Assembly: GCA_030704615.1 (NCBI GenBank)
Contig: CM060733.1
Coordinates: 53,754,001-53,818,000, forward strand
DNA length: 64,000 nt
Reading direction: 5' to 3'
Origin: Takakia lepidozioides
Lineage: Eukaryota; Plantae; Bryophyta
The notes beneath the pieces are model-generated. The model worked only from the letters and a program-made list of their open reading frames with translations, did not search any database and had not been told where the DNA came from. Shown piece after piece: positions 1-13,800 of this stretch (the first letter of the stretch is position 1; every line of letters starts with the position of its first letter). Both the position numbers and the translations under genes were made by a program.

Positions 1-458
1 GTTAAGCTATTTGCCTGAAATTTTCATATGGAAGGGGTTAATTGTCACCACTAATCTTGTAACTTCCTCTAAAGACACAGTTTTGGAAAGGTCCTGTTAT
101 TTTTCGATTCATAGGTGGATGTGTAAGACAACATTGCGGACTTCATAAGTGTTGTCTTAGGGTTTTTCTGGACTGAATTGATGAGGGTTGAATGGAGTCA
201 ACATAGAGGCTGAGTGCTGGGGATATTTCTGCCATGTTGGTGGTTGAAGGGTTTTGTGTTAGGCATGGCATTGCAAATGTGGTCTCAAGATCACACTGGA
301 AAGTCCAGTCTACTTGTGTCATGCAGCGGCAAATGTAGGATCACAAGAGTAGCTGTGTGCTTGGGCACTCATCACTTGTCGGTTCACGGGTACACTGGTA
401 CCGAGAGTGAACCTGCTGGCACAAAAATAGCTTGCTAACATAAGTAGCTGGTCTGCAG

Positions 459-3400
459 GTGTTTGAAAGTGCCCGTGCCAGGGAGCGAGAGCGGGAATTG
501 CTGTACCCAGATGCATGCGGAGGAGGGGGGAGAGGTTGGATTAGCCAAAATGGGGGTTTTGGGGGAAGTGGACGAGGGCATGGCATGAAAGAGACTTGTG
601 CCCTCCACACAGCTAGGCTCTCCTGTGAAGCTCTGGTAGATTTCTGGTCTGCATTGGGAGATGAAACCAGGCGCTCATTATTGCGAATGAAAGAAGAGGA
701 CTTCATTGAAAGGCTTATGTTCAGGTACAAAAGGAATTTAAGAAGATGATTCATAATTCTTGATAACAGCAATATCAGGGCATTGCTGCAAGGCTCCCAG
801 TCCCTCAGGATTACTAAATGACCGCAGAAGCTTAAACCCTTCGATGGACTGTTGTGGATAATGAAAGCCATGCCACTACATCCTTGCCATGGAAACTTAA
901 ACCCTTCCAGGGACACTCCTGATCAAGGCCAGTTTTTGCTCATTTGCAAAAGCAAAGTGGAAGATTGGTGCAACTCCTGTGCAGCTTTCACCACTGCAAT
1001 CATTTATTGTTGTCTTGCACTAAGGCTGGAAGCCCAAGGGTTCTAAAAAGGCTTGTTGATTTATTGGGCCTTCTGACTTCTTGTAGGTGGAGTCTACTTT
1101 ATGGTCTCTCTGTGGAATATCAATTTGTGGGCATAAATGTGTATCCAGATACCGCTGTCTACCAGTAGGCTCTAATGGAGGGCAAGTTGTAGCTGACATT
1201 AAGGTTTTGTATAGTTAGCATTTTTCAAGTTGATTATTTTTTTCTCTTCGAAAGAGGTCTAATCTCCTCTTTAAAGTTCTTACAGAGAAGACAATCTGAA
1301 AATGTGAGCTGTCAATTGTGGTGGGCTTGCGCTTTTTTTTTGCAGATTTGACAGTAAGCGGTTTTGCCGGGATTGTCGACGTAATGTGCTTCGTGAATTC
1401 AAGGAGATGAAGGAACTGAAGCGATCACGGAGGGAGCCCCGATGTACTCGTTGGTTCTGTGCTGCTGACACTGGGTTTCGATATGAGGTACTTGTTTGAG
1501 TCAACGTTAGTCCATAAGATGATGTCTGTTCGAGATGTGTCAATTGTCAACATAAGTGTCTGGCCTGATATGACTTTTGTGCTTCTCTCTCTCTCTCTCT
1601 CTGACCCTCTGCCCAAACTGGGCGCGGGGCGAATGGCCACAAGGCTATGGCAAACGACGCCTTCTGAGTACATTCTGACCCAGCTAAAGCCGACTTGGAG
1701 GCTGTAATGTCTAAGGCCATGTTGGAGGCACGAAGAGTGTCGAAGTTAGGCATAAAACTTTCCAGTTTGTGACATGGGTGACGACTTTTGAGGACGATCA
1801 GCTACCCTGGCCACTAGACTGAAATTTAAACTCTGTGTGAAGGGCTTTCTAGAGGATATCTGAAAAACCCAAACTAGCTGTCTGTGTAATGGTAAGTCAC
1901 GCTATTGGACTGAGCCCCACACAAAGATAGTATCTGTTCCCTTTTGTTCCGCCCAAACTGCTATGGCCACAAGGCTACAGCAAACAAGGTACAGACTCAG
2001 GACTGAGTACATTTTTACTCAGTTTCAAAGCTCACAACAACCCCTAAACCCAAAATCGATACTCAATTGAATAGATGCTAAATGCAAGAACAAATCTTAC
2101 AACAAGTTTAGTTATGAGCATGCATGGACCCTTTCAGTGACTACAGTTGCCCACTCAACTCTCCTTCCTTCCCTCCTTCCTTCCCTCTTTTCCCCCTTTT
2201 TGCAAGCCATCCAAACTATGTTCAGGGTCTATGGCCTCAAAGCTACAGATACCGAAGTAATTAGGCTTTTTCAAAATTGGCATGCTCAGGTGTCGGAGAG
2301 TGTGGTGCAAGTGGACTGGCGTGACTGCTTTGCTGGCGATGTTGGAAGCATCTACCAGCGATTTGAGTGGGCTTTAGGCACAGGAGAAGGGAAGTGTGAT
2401 ATTATGGGCTTCGAAGATGTGGGGCTTGCAGAGTCTGTCCAGGTGGATGGTCTCGACTTAGCAAGCACAAGTGCTTGTTTTGTTACTGTCCGAGGTTGTA
2501 GGCGTGATGGCCGCTGTACCGAACTGTCTGCTAAAGCTCACGCGCTCAGAGGACAACTATGTGTACATCGACGGTTGATTGTTGGGGATGGCTATGTGTC
2601 TATTACAAAGGGAGAGAGCATTCAACGTTTTTTTGAGCGTGCTGAAGAAACTGAAGAGGAGGAGGTGAGGCAAATTGCCTAACTGGAAGTTATTTGACTC
2701 ATAGGAAAAGCTTGTGTCTTGTCTGAGGAGTTCAAGTATCAAGCTCAGGAGAAGCATGTGCTCAGGATTACCAATAAGAATAGATTTTATGGCCTTCCTA
2801 TTGGATGCTGCACACTTGGCTTCCACAGGGTTGTCTGGAAGTATGACAGTGAGCACCCAGCAAATCCTGACATAATGAAATCGCTTCAGCTGGAAGATTT
2901 ATCGTGACATACATATTTTCTGGTAGGATATATCTGTTCACATGCTAAAGATGTACTGTAATGTTAAAAGTTCAACTTTGTTTATCAATGTTGTGACTTG
3001 ATGTGTCCGTTTTCTTGTAAATGCAGGATGAGGATTCCATAGATAAAGATGGAAATGACTTTGATGGGGAAGGTTCTCGTCCACAAAAGCATGCTAAGAG
3101 TCCAGAGCTTGCGCGTGACTTCCTGTTGGATGCCGCAACTGTGATTTTTAAGGAACAGGTCTTTTCTTCTGGCACGCCTGGTCTGATAGCATATACATGT
3201 ACGCGCTTAAGCTTCAAAACAATATGATTATCATGTCTCTTTGTGGGACTGCATTTCTATCCACAGTAAGACTGGTACTGTCATACCACTTTTGGAAAGG
3301 GATGAAGTAAATATGCTCCCCCTGCTTCACATTTGAGCATGATTGTGTCAGGGTTTAGGCCCAGAGGCTATTCAGGTGTTTCTACTAACAAGCCTCACCG

Positions 3401-6400
3401 TTAGAAAGAATGCAAGCAGCAGCTATCATTACTGCAATTCATCAAAAGTTCCTGAGTTCATTTGCGCCTTTCCTCTGAAGCAGGTGGAGAAAGCATTCAG
3501 GGAGGGGACAGCACGTCAGAATGCTCACAGCATTTTTGTCTGTCTGGCTCTTCGCCTACTGGAAGAGCGTGTTCGTGTGGCTTGTAAAGAGATCACGACT
3601 TTGGAAAAACAGGTCTGCGCTGCATTTTGCTTTTAGGACCAATGGCTTAGAATTAACGCACAAAAGGAAGGCCGATGTGTTGGTAATCACTGTCACGAGA
3701 GGTCACCCCCATGGGACTACAGTGTCTAGCAATCAAGATATTGGAGGAGTTGTGTTGCTTCTTACAGACCTCTTCTTTCACAGCTAGCTGCTGAGATCCA
3801 CCGGTGTGACTTTCGATTGGCAGTTGTGAAGTAGCCTGACAAAGTACTCTAGGTTGTTGTAATGTTTGTGTGTAGGACAAGGTCGTAATTGGTCTTCTTC
3901 ATGAGCATAAATTAGTATTACTGAGAGTTTTCTTGACCTGATGAGCTGGGGAAAGTTTACAACACTGATCAGTGGGCAGGACAGAGGGATGGCCTCGGTT
4001 ATGGATGAATGGTGGTGGAAGATGAATTTGTACCCAACATGTGATGGTTCTTGTATTTTATCATGCATCAATTTCCTGCTTTCAAAAGCAGGGATAGTCA
4101 GAAGTTTCTGACAGAAACTCAGTACCAATCATATCATTACAATTATGTTGTAGTTGGTTTCAAACGTGTATGATCAAGTTGTATTGCATTTGTCTGTGCC
4201 GGTGTTCAGAATAAGCTTTTAGAAGAAGAAGAGTATGAAAAGCGGGAAGAGGAAGAGAGACGGGAGCGGCGAAAATTGAAAGAGAAGGAAAAGAAGCTTC
4301 GGAGGAAAGAGAAGCTGAAAGGGAAAGATAAGGGCAATAAGGGTAATGCAAAGGCATCGACTCCAAATGCCGATGGATTCCTGCCTGAAACCTCCCTAGG
4401 TAAGAACTGATTCTTTGTTAAAACTAATGGCCATTCAGGAGCACGCGGTTGTTCTGAAGTTTCCTTGTATATGCATATATACTGTGCATCGAAGTCCATC
4501 AGAGCAGTGATAAATAGTCATAATGCTACTGGTAGTGTGTTTACTTGCATCACAATTTGGAGCCATGTTAGAAGCTTGGGTTATTAGCAAGTTACCAAAT
4601 ATAATGTGTCGATGGCCCATCTGATTGATTGTAGGGAATGAGGAGGAGCGGGAGAGCAGCTCTGGGAGTCAGGTAGACGGGAATGGTGGGAACCATAGTG
4701 AGGATAGCATGTCTGCGAGGCCGTCATCACCTGATATGGTAGAGGCAAGGCCTTCAGCTGACGGCTTTGACAGTGAAAATGGGGATCCCAAGCAGCATGA
4801 AGCATTTGTATTTGCACTTAATATTGAGGATGCACTCAATACTGAGGATGCACTCAGTGTCAGGGATGGAAATGGGGCATTCATTGTGGAGCGCTCCAAA
4901 TCGGCAAAAAGAAGATCCCAGATTAGAAAGGGACAGAGTACCGAAGTCATTGGTGGGAGTTCAAGGAGAGGGTCAGGTTCTTCATCTGCAAATGCTAATG
5001 GAGCCCATGGAAATCCAGCAAGGGTAGCACCTGCACCATCTCTCGAGCCCATTTCACATGACAAGCGCGCCAACCTACAAGGGTATCCAAAGAATGGTGT
5101 TTGGAGAAATGACACAGAACCTTTGCAGAAACGTGTTGAAGGCTGGACCCAGGCTCATCCTCACTCTGCTCATTTGAGGCCTGAAGAGTACCAACCTTGT
5201 GCATGTGGGACCCCACAAACAGGTCTACGATCTAAGGGTGGGCAGCGCAGCACATGTAAAGTAGTAGGGGTATGGGATTCAAGTCCAAGTAGCAATAAGA
5301 TGGGTGAACGGGTTGGTATGGTGGACCCTACCTCAAAGCTGTTGCCCAAAGTTGGAAATTTTGATCCGGGACCTTCACAAGATAAAGGGGAGGGGTTGGA
5401 AAGGAGGCCAGGTACGGTACCCAGTCCAGAAAGGAAAGAGATTGTGGATGTGCAGGAGAGGACACCTTTTGATCTTTCAGAGCTGCAAAAGCAAGCACAT
5501 CCAAATGCCTCCAGTGACCCTGTTTTGAGCATGTCAAATGGTTTCCATGGGGGCAGAAGCACTTGCAATGGAGCAGTTGGGCATACTGGGAGTCTGACCA
5601 TTGACAGTGGTTCTGGGATTGGGAGACATACATGGACACCTCGAGTGGCTAGTTGTAGTACAGTCATCACATCAAATGGTTTTGTTGAAAGAAATCCAGC
5701 AATCTTGAGTGTTGACCGCGGATCTGAAAATGGTAATGGGAAGAGTCATCCAGTGCGCATCACCAGACCAAGGTCTGCAGGGACCCCCTCACCTCAAGTC
5801 ACCTTGCTCAAGACAGCTGGTGCAGATGCTGCAGGCTGTTTGGAGAGTTCTGCAAGGGTTTCGCCAGTGTCTGGGACTTCAACAGCTGCAGATGTGGTAC
5901 GACCCAATCATGCGCAAGGCCCCAAAATGCCAATTCAAATTCTTTCGAGAAGCTTGTCTGATGGAGGACAAGGGACATGCATTAGACCTGTGAGCAGTGC
6001 TACAGCTGCCTCGAAGCTGCACACTCCGAGTAACCCACTGCCTGCACACTCAGGAGCAGGGTTGGGTTTGCAGTCTTCATTCAGCTCAACATCTGAGTCG
6101 GGAAGAGGGGATGGGCTAAGAACTGGATCCGTCGAAGCAGGGGGAAGGCCCCTTCAGAGTGCAGTGCCAGAGCAAACACAAGCATCAGCAAGCATGACCA
6201 TGGCAACAGAGAGTTCTTTACAGCCACCAGATGCAGACCCTGGTTTGATCCATTCCACAATCCCGCTGGGATCTGTACCTATGCCACCACCACACTTACA
6301 CACCAATGGACATCCTCCACAGGGGTTCCCACAAGGGTGCTCACCAAGACCACCAAAGGGCATGTTTGTGTTTACGGAAATGATGTCGCCGCAAGGCCCA

Positions 6401-7174
6401 ATGCCATCCTCCATGCAACTTCCCACTATGCCAATGAACCCTGGGAATGTACCTCCCCAGCAAAGCTTTGGGTACTATCAAGTCCAGGGACCTTGGGCTG
6501 CCCGTTCAAGGAACGGAGTGCTCCCACTCCCTCAGCATGCAGGCTATTTGATCCCTGGCCCCATGGGTCTGGGTTTGTCCATGGGAGGCCTACCGTCTAT
6601 ATCAATGCCTGTGCCAGCTTCCCTACAGCCAGCACCTCTCGGCCTTGGAGTAGGACGACTTCCATCAATGCCAAATGGGCTCAACCCAGGGATGTTTCGG
6701 GAGTCTGTTTTCCTAACCAGATTCAACAGTCGGGCGAGTGGGATAAATGGTCGGGGGTCGGCCCTGTTGATACCGGGCTTGCCACTCAGTCAGCACGAGG
6801 CGGTATTATCTGTTGAACCAGGGCATAGTGGCGAAGGGCATCTGTCACCCAGAGAATCCAGTGCAACACTCTCTGCCCCGTTGCATAAGGACAGCATGCA
6901 ACTAGAGACCCCTGTTACTTCCGATATTTTGGGTTTCTCTTTGTTTCATTCTGGGTGGCCAGTGTCAGCAGCTCAGAAGGAGGTCGACACCTCCACCATA
7001 CTTTCTTCCAAGGAAAGTGTCACTATGGCGAGTGGATCAGAAGGCATTACAGAGAAAGGCCAATGTAGAGGAGGTCTGGATGAGCAACGAGATGGGGTTG
7101 ACAAACGGAGCTCGCCTCCTGGAGAGTACTCTCTTTTCGCTTCCGCACCCAACAAGGGCTTTGGCTTCTTCTAG
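459..7174 (+). CDS. 3' part of a conserved plant protein of unknown function (At3g58050/At2g41960-like, often annotated NST1-like); 5' exons lie upstream of the window
   Basis: GT-AG exons that join in phase: 459-724, 1346-1487, 2290-2664, 3027-3158, 3484-3612, 4210-4399, 4635-7174. Recognisable motifs: FESARARERERELLYPDACGGGGRGW, FDSKRFCRDCRRNV, HAKSPELARDFLLDAATVIFKEQVEKAFREGTARQNAHSIF, a charged coiled coil, and C-terminal EYSLFA..GFGFF*. Confidence 0.88.
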
Positions 7175-10100
7175 TTAAGCATCGTTGAGACAACGGTGTG
7201 GTGTATCAGTCAGTGCTTCGAAACACTACATGGCTCTACAGAGGCGAGAGAGAGAGAAACAGTCCTTGTTCGGGAGTGCTTGTGTACCCCATAATGATTG
7301 CAGTAGGTCCAGTCAACGCAATGAGAGGGCCTGTATTATACAATGGCCCCTTAGGCTTGGCTACTGCAGCAATTCATGTATTAGCAATATCCATTCAGTT
7401 TCTTCCCTCTTACCATTGGCTATGTTCTCTCTTACAATACCACATATTGTCATTGTTCAGCACCCTGAGAAAATGTTCTGCTCAAACACCAAGATTTCAT
7501 AACAAACATGGGTATACATAACTGAATCTTGCTTCGGTGTTTATTGAAGTTGGTGTGCATTATGGACTTGGAGTTTGTGTCCGGTTTTGCTTAACAACAA
7601 TACTGAAGTGGACATAACATCCCGGTTTTGTTGGCCCTGCCTTCCTAAGGCAGGACTACGCAAAGGGTTTCAGCTGCTTTAGCACATATACTTTCGATTA
7701 GACTTCCAATTGGAATTGGATGGAGACACTTGTCAAGAGAATCTTCTGTCTTTCAATGAATGACATCTGGTCAACTTCTTGTGCATGCCATAAATGGAAG
7801 TCCATCCTCTATTACCTGCCTGCCATCTGGGTGATTCAGGGCTCAAATCCTGTTACCTTGATATTTATTAATAGACTAATTATGTGATCTTCCAGATTTT
7901 TACTACCTATTCATAATTACTATACGGCAGGGATTGCATGAATTCCATGCATTTATTTAACAACAATACTGAAGTGGACATAACATCGTGGATGGATAGC
8001 CAGTGGATGGGCACCAAATGCCTGATGCGCTTACATATGTACATTTTCAATTGGCAGATGGTTGAACAACCCCCAGCTTTACCCCCTCCCAGTGAAGCAC
8101 GCTATGTGGTTTTAAGATTGACATTAAGTAGATCATCCTGTTTTGCTGATTACGGAGCCTCCATCCCCCCTCCATCTTCCGAAAGGCCTACATCATGTGG
8201 TCCACAACAAATTCACTCAGACCAACAAAAACAAGAACAGCCAAGTTCAATCAGCAAGCAGGAAACTGGCCCATATCTGCCCTCTTGGCTCGTGGCATAT
8301 ACTCACAAATGCAACTTACTATTGCTGTTGTTGTCCAGGTTGCTCACTAAGTGACAAAGAGCATCAAGGAGGCCAGCAGGTGTCCGGTGCTACATCATGA
8401 CTAGAACCTCAAAGTCTGACCCTGCACCACTGGCTCTCCAAGAGATGATATATCCAGTGTCCACCATTATGATGACATTTCTCGCATTTCGCTGTCATAA
8501 TACTCTTTTCAATGATGTTGTGGAATAAGGAGTGTAGAGTCTACCTTGATGTTAAATCCTGCTTTTGCACTGGTCTCAATGAACATCACACCAAATTCTA
8601 TCGCTTTTGCGTCATCTTCTTCGATAGAGACTTGCATACCAAAGAACAGTTGAATCTATCAAATTGCTTGCTACTACACCTCAAACAGCAAAGTGATAAG
8701 AACAGGTATGGAGTCCATAAAGCTAAGCCGTCTCAACTTCTGTCACCTACCCCAGCTAGCACCACTAAACTGTCATGCCTCCAGTTCTGTCTACCTCTGA
8801 CTCCAGCAATTTGGAAAACAAGACTCTACAGCATACCCAACAGACTGGCCACAATGGGCTAATGAGTGAGAACAAGTAAGAGAGCAATGAGCCAAAGCTC
8901 TAACCTGTCCCAACTGCCTTCCAATTTTGACAACTCCACATTTGATTAAGTATTGAAAAGACCTGATATCTAACATACTACCGGGTGCAACCTTCTCAAC
9001 CATAGGATAAGTTATTGTCGAGCGATCCAGACAGTTTCGGGATGAATGATGCAAAATTGAAGATTGTAACCAATTGAAAGTCAAATATACAACAGCCTGC
9101 ATGGAGTAGACATGAAGGTGTCAGGTCAGTCACCTCAAAGCAGCCCCTAAACCTCTTAATCAAGAATTTCCTTAGTAATTGAGTCAGAAAGATGAGAGAG
9201 AGAGCTGTACTTGATCATTCCCTGTGACAGCCTGCCCGTATATGCACAGCCCGCTCATATGTTTCCTCGGTAGTGGATATAGTGTATGAGATAAATTGAT
9301 TTGCAATAACCATGAATTCAACTGTGGCCTAATCCTTAGTAACTACATGCCTTTCAAGCAAAGCTTTCCTGTCCCTCCACAGCTGGTTGAGGGGGTTAAA
9401 ACACCATGGTCTGAGCCAAATTCGGCATAGACTACCATACAGCCAACGACATTGACCCTTCTTTCTGCAACACTTACTCGTCTTAATCCCCTGTTCCACC
9501 CCTCCCTGGTAACAAGCACAAAATATGATCTGATTTCAAGCATCAGGTGTTCCAAGCACATGCTTAGTCTCTGCCTTTGTTGTGATTTTGAAGAACAAAT
9601 TATAAGGTTGCTTAATCCCAGTCAAGAATTATAAGGTTGATTTCACAGTGTTGTTTCCTTGCAGGCATGAGATCCAAGGATCTGATCTTTACATTAAGCA
9701 TTAAATGTATGCATGCACCATGCAGTGCCTTCAATGTAATGGTGCCATAGATCTTGCTCCACCTCCCATCTCCGATCGCCCTATCGGCGTAAATTTTCTA
9801 CTCAAATCGATAAAAAGATCATTGTCAGGGACCCACATCCCGTTTCTCCAGCAAACATAACCCATAAGAAGAAATTGCACCAGAGTGGTGATAAGAACAC
9901 TGCAAAGCAACATTAAAAACTGATCTAATTTTTCCTTTAGTTTTTGGTGATACCTCCCCGACCAGAACTTTCGTCCACGGTTCTTCGCCCTGCACATCTT
10001 TATTCAGATCCTTCCGTCAGAAATTTCCTCTCAATGCAAGTCTCAACGGTGTGAAATATACTTCGCAGATGCTGCTCCACTACAACCCCAAAATTATGTC

Positions 10101-10726
10101 AACATGCCACTACCTCATCTATCGCAATGCTACCTGCATATCAGATCTGAGCTTGAGAGGCTGGCCTTACCTTGTCTTCTGGAAAGTAGTTCCAGTTTCA
10201 TGGGGGTACGATAAGAGGACGGTACACAATGCCTATCGAGAGCGTGTGACTGTAGTTTCCAAAAAGACTAGCTCACCTCTTGGGGATGGAGAACCATACA
10301 ACCAAGTCTAATGCTCTACATGGGCATCAAGGGTACACGAGTAAATGTGAAGTGCATTCACAGACAGAGAACAGACACACAAGTTTAGGTTGATGCAAAG
10401 GTGGGCAACATCAGCAGACAACATCACCATTCCTTCACCATCACAAAGTTACCAGAGGAAGTGATGCTGTTGTTGGCATGAAGCACTAGTAACAGATAAA
10501 AGCATTACATTCAACACTTCAGAATAGCAGCACAGGTGGATGTCACAGAATTTCTAGGATGTGGCTACAGTTAGAAAGACCAAAAATAGTGGCCTCATAA
10601 GTAACAAAAGGCACAGTTCAGAACTTGTAAAGAATGTGGAGGCCATGGCAAAAATTAACAAATGTATTCTGGCAGCTTGAAATGCTCTACATGTCTTCAT
10701 TATCCAAGGACACTTTCATCCCTCAC

Positions 10727-11012
10727 TTAGCCACTTCCACCTGTATAGGCCTTTCCAAAGAAGAGAAGCTGAAGCTGATCATAGCCAGAATGCACCCAGC
10801 TCCAGCAACAGCACGCAAGATGTTGGCACCAGCACCCTTGAACAACGAACCTTCCTTTGCAATAATCTGCTGGAATGCATCAAGTGAGCTCTTGTACTTC
10901 ACTGCCTCCCAGTAAGTCATCATCATCCTGTGCCACACTGTCTATGGGGTAGGAGGCCCACCGTGTTATGGTGATACGCCATCCTAGCAGGAAATTGGCA
11001 AGGAAAGTTGCC
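10727..11012 (-). pseudogene. Last-exon fragment of a mitochondrial ADP/ATP carrier (AAC), frameshifted
   Basis: Across frame changes it reads FLANFLLGW..T...ASYPIDSV / [43 protein letters not shown] / [21 protein letters not shown]. It is preceded by a 3' splice site (ttttttccttcactgcag). The RRRMMM signature is disrupted and no upstream AAC exons were recognised. Confidence 0.85.
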
Positions 11013-13800
11013 CTGCAGTGAAGGAAAAAAGAATTGGTGAGAAGAGGGGTCGATGTTCTAGTCCAAATTTGAACAAACCCCACATTACTAATAAATATTA
11101 AATGGCATATGCTCAGTCTGATGTCAATGTAAGACATTCTAAGAAGCACATCAGTCATGCATCGAAGTAAGAGAATCCAGACAGCCGGGGATCACATTTG
11201 AAGTTCAAGTCAAACCAATTCGCATCAGACAAGCACAACTGGGCTTGAGGGAGTAATTTCCGAAATAGACATCGCGTACGATGATACGAGCATAGGAGAT
11301 GGCAAAACCTCTCAGAAGACTCTTCCCTTCTAGAGAGAGACCAAATGAGAAGAAATGAGAACGTGAACTGAATTTATGATATGAGCATACATGCTGACAT
11401 ACCTTAGGGAGCGTACAAGCACTTTACATTACTTTCACATCTTTAGCAACAGCCTTATCTCCTCATCTGCTTTCAGATCGTGGATCCTCCCCAACCTCCA
11501 CATACCACGTACCATCTACTATCGCAAATCCCTCTTTCATTTCACGCCTCATCGCCTCGTATAGCCTCCAAGTTGAGAAAGAATTCTTGAGAATCCTACT
11601 GAATAATTTGGTAAACACATATTGCCGAAGGTACTAATCTCGGCACAGATGCCATATAAAGTACCACCAAAACCTGGAAGCAGCTTCCTTCGGCAACTTG
11701 TGATTACCAAGTTATTCGAAAGGCTTCTTGTGGTTTCGATGCCAGATTTGATTACGCTTCCGGTAGCGAAGTGATTCCCTCATCCCTACTTGCTTCACCC
11801 CAAAGATTCCCAACACTTCCCTTTGCTAAAAGGTAAATCAACAACAAGAATTGAAGCTCGTGAAGATGCTAGATCCTACGATGTGCGCATGCGCCAAGTG
11901 TGAGATATGGACACGTGAGCCTTACGGAAGCCTGAGGGTATAATTGAGGGGGAGGGCTATGCTCTGCGGGGATTTTTCATTCGAGCACAAGAGGGCCCTA
12001 ACCCTCGACCGTCCCCGCTGCGGCACCCCCCGCCCCGCCCCGAGCAGCACAAGGGCAGGCTTGGAGTGAGGGAGAGCATCGCACGGGAGAAGGTGAAGGA
12101 GGCGCAGCTGAGGGTGATAATGCAGACCAATTCGGGCGGCAGCGAATGCTTTGACTCTAAGATCAGTGAGGGTCATGTATGGATCACTTGCTTGGAAAAA
12201 GAGTTCTGAGAGTTAGGGGATTTGCCATCCAAATGCTAGAGTTTCCAGGAGGTAAATGAATGAGAGAGGTAATAAGATTGTAAACTAGCATTGCCTGATG
12301 TTAGGCTAATTGAGAGCAAGAGGAAGGCAAATTGAATGACAGAAAACTCATCTGAAACAATGTGAAATGCACACGTGCTTGGTTTTGTTAGGATGGACGA
12401 TTAATTTCCTCGGGAAATGATTCCCGACTGAATCAACTTCCCCTTTGAATTATTTCGGTTGAGTCCACAGCGAATGATGCCCAATGGTAGTGAATTGAAT
12501 ACTGATGTTGTTTGTAATGAATCGAGCCTATATCTGCATTGTTGATTGCCATTTCCAATTTTCCCTACAACTTTCCCTCTAACACGTTGTCCTGCGTTCC
12601 AGTAACCAGTAACATCTTATGATCTTTGTCTCAACTGCGGAGGCAAAGAAACAATATATATGAGCAGTAACAGCTTGCATTAAGAAATACAGCTTTACTG
12701 GACAATATTCCTAAGATTGCAAGCTTTCTTCAACCTGGAAATGTTTACTTTACTTGCTTATAATATCTTGTACATCCATCTGGTTATTTTAGAGGAACCA
12801 AACTTTAGCAACGTGCACTGTTAGACGACGACATTTGTGGTCCCACATTTGGTGTTGATGCTAGTGACGTGAAGGCTTGGTTTTGAAATAACATCTTGCT
12901 CTCATTCATGGAGAAAAGGTAAGGCAAACAAGTTTAAATGTTTAGCAACTTACAGAGCATAACTTAAACTTTCGGCACAGCCCAACATCCTACAAAGGAG
13001 AAAGAAAGATAGAAGAGACAATGACAGAGAACTTAGCAAACAGGGGAAAGCTGATTGGAGTGCTTATTGTGTTTGAAACAAACAAACAAGCAACCCGGGT
13101 TGACTACCTGATGGAATGAGTCAAGTGAGAAACTATCAATGACTCACAAAAGGCTTTGTCAACACTCTGAAATCACTAGGTTGACTAATCCACCAAACCA
13201 AAAGAGAACCAGAGGGTGGACAGGAAGGTGCTAGCATGACTGGAAAACGACAGCCCTGGATAAAAATGTCAAAACAAGATGATATCAGCTTTCACTGAAA
13301 AGAAAGTCTTAAACAGACAAAACTTGCCACAGGATTCCATGTCCCATGCAGCATGACTGATGAGCATGGCCAAACTGTGTCATTGCAGTTTGTATATCAT
13401 CGATGAGTGTGGGGTATGTAACTTTCACCTTCCAAATGGAAGCCAGTTGGCCTTCCGGGTGAAGTAAAACCATAAGTTACGCTTGCTTTGACAAGAGTCT
13501 TTATTTCCTTTGTATTCTTTTTTTGGGGGGTGGTAAGGTGACCATGCCCGAAACTCTCTTCGTCCTTGCAATGCACAAACAATTTTTTTACAAATCTATG
13601 GTTGTTTGGCCACGGTCAGGCCGTTCCAAGCAAGGGGGAAACAACAAGCCCCTCTTCTTACCGTCTCTAGTTAGTGTGCAGCCTGTGCAGGAAACAAGGT
13701 CGGTCAGAATCCCCTCCTTGCTAACCCAAACAGTAAACACTCCACGCCTATATTAAGTAAGAATTTGAAAACTTCAAGTAATATCCACAGAACTGCTGCA

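Noticed and set aside
4669-7155. Antisense and alternate-frame ORFs over the long final exon, and similarly over the PPR and hAT ORFs
   Set aside because: Shadow ORFs of the real coding sequences.
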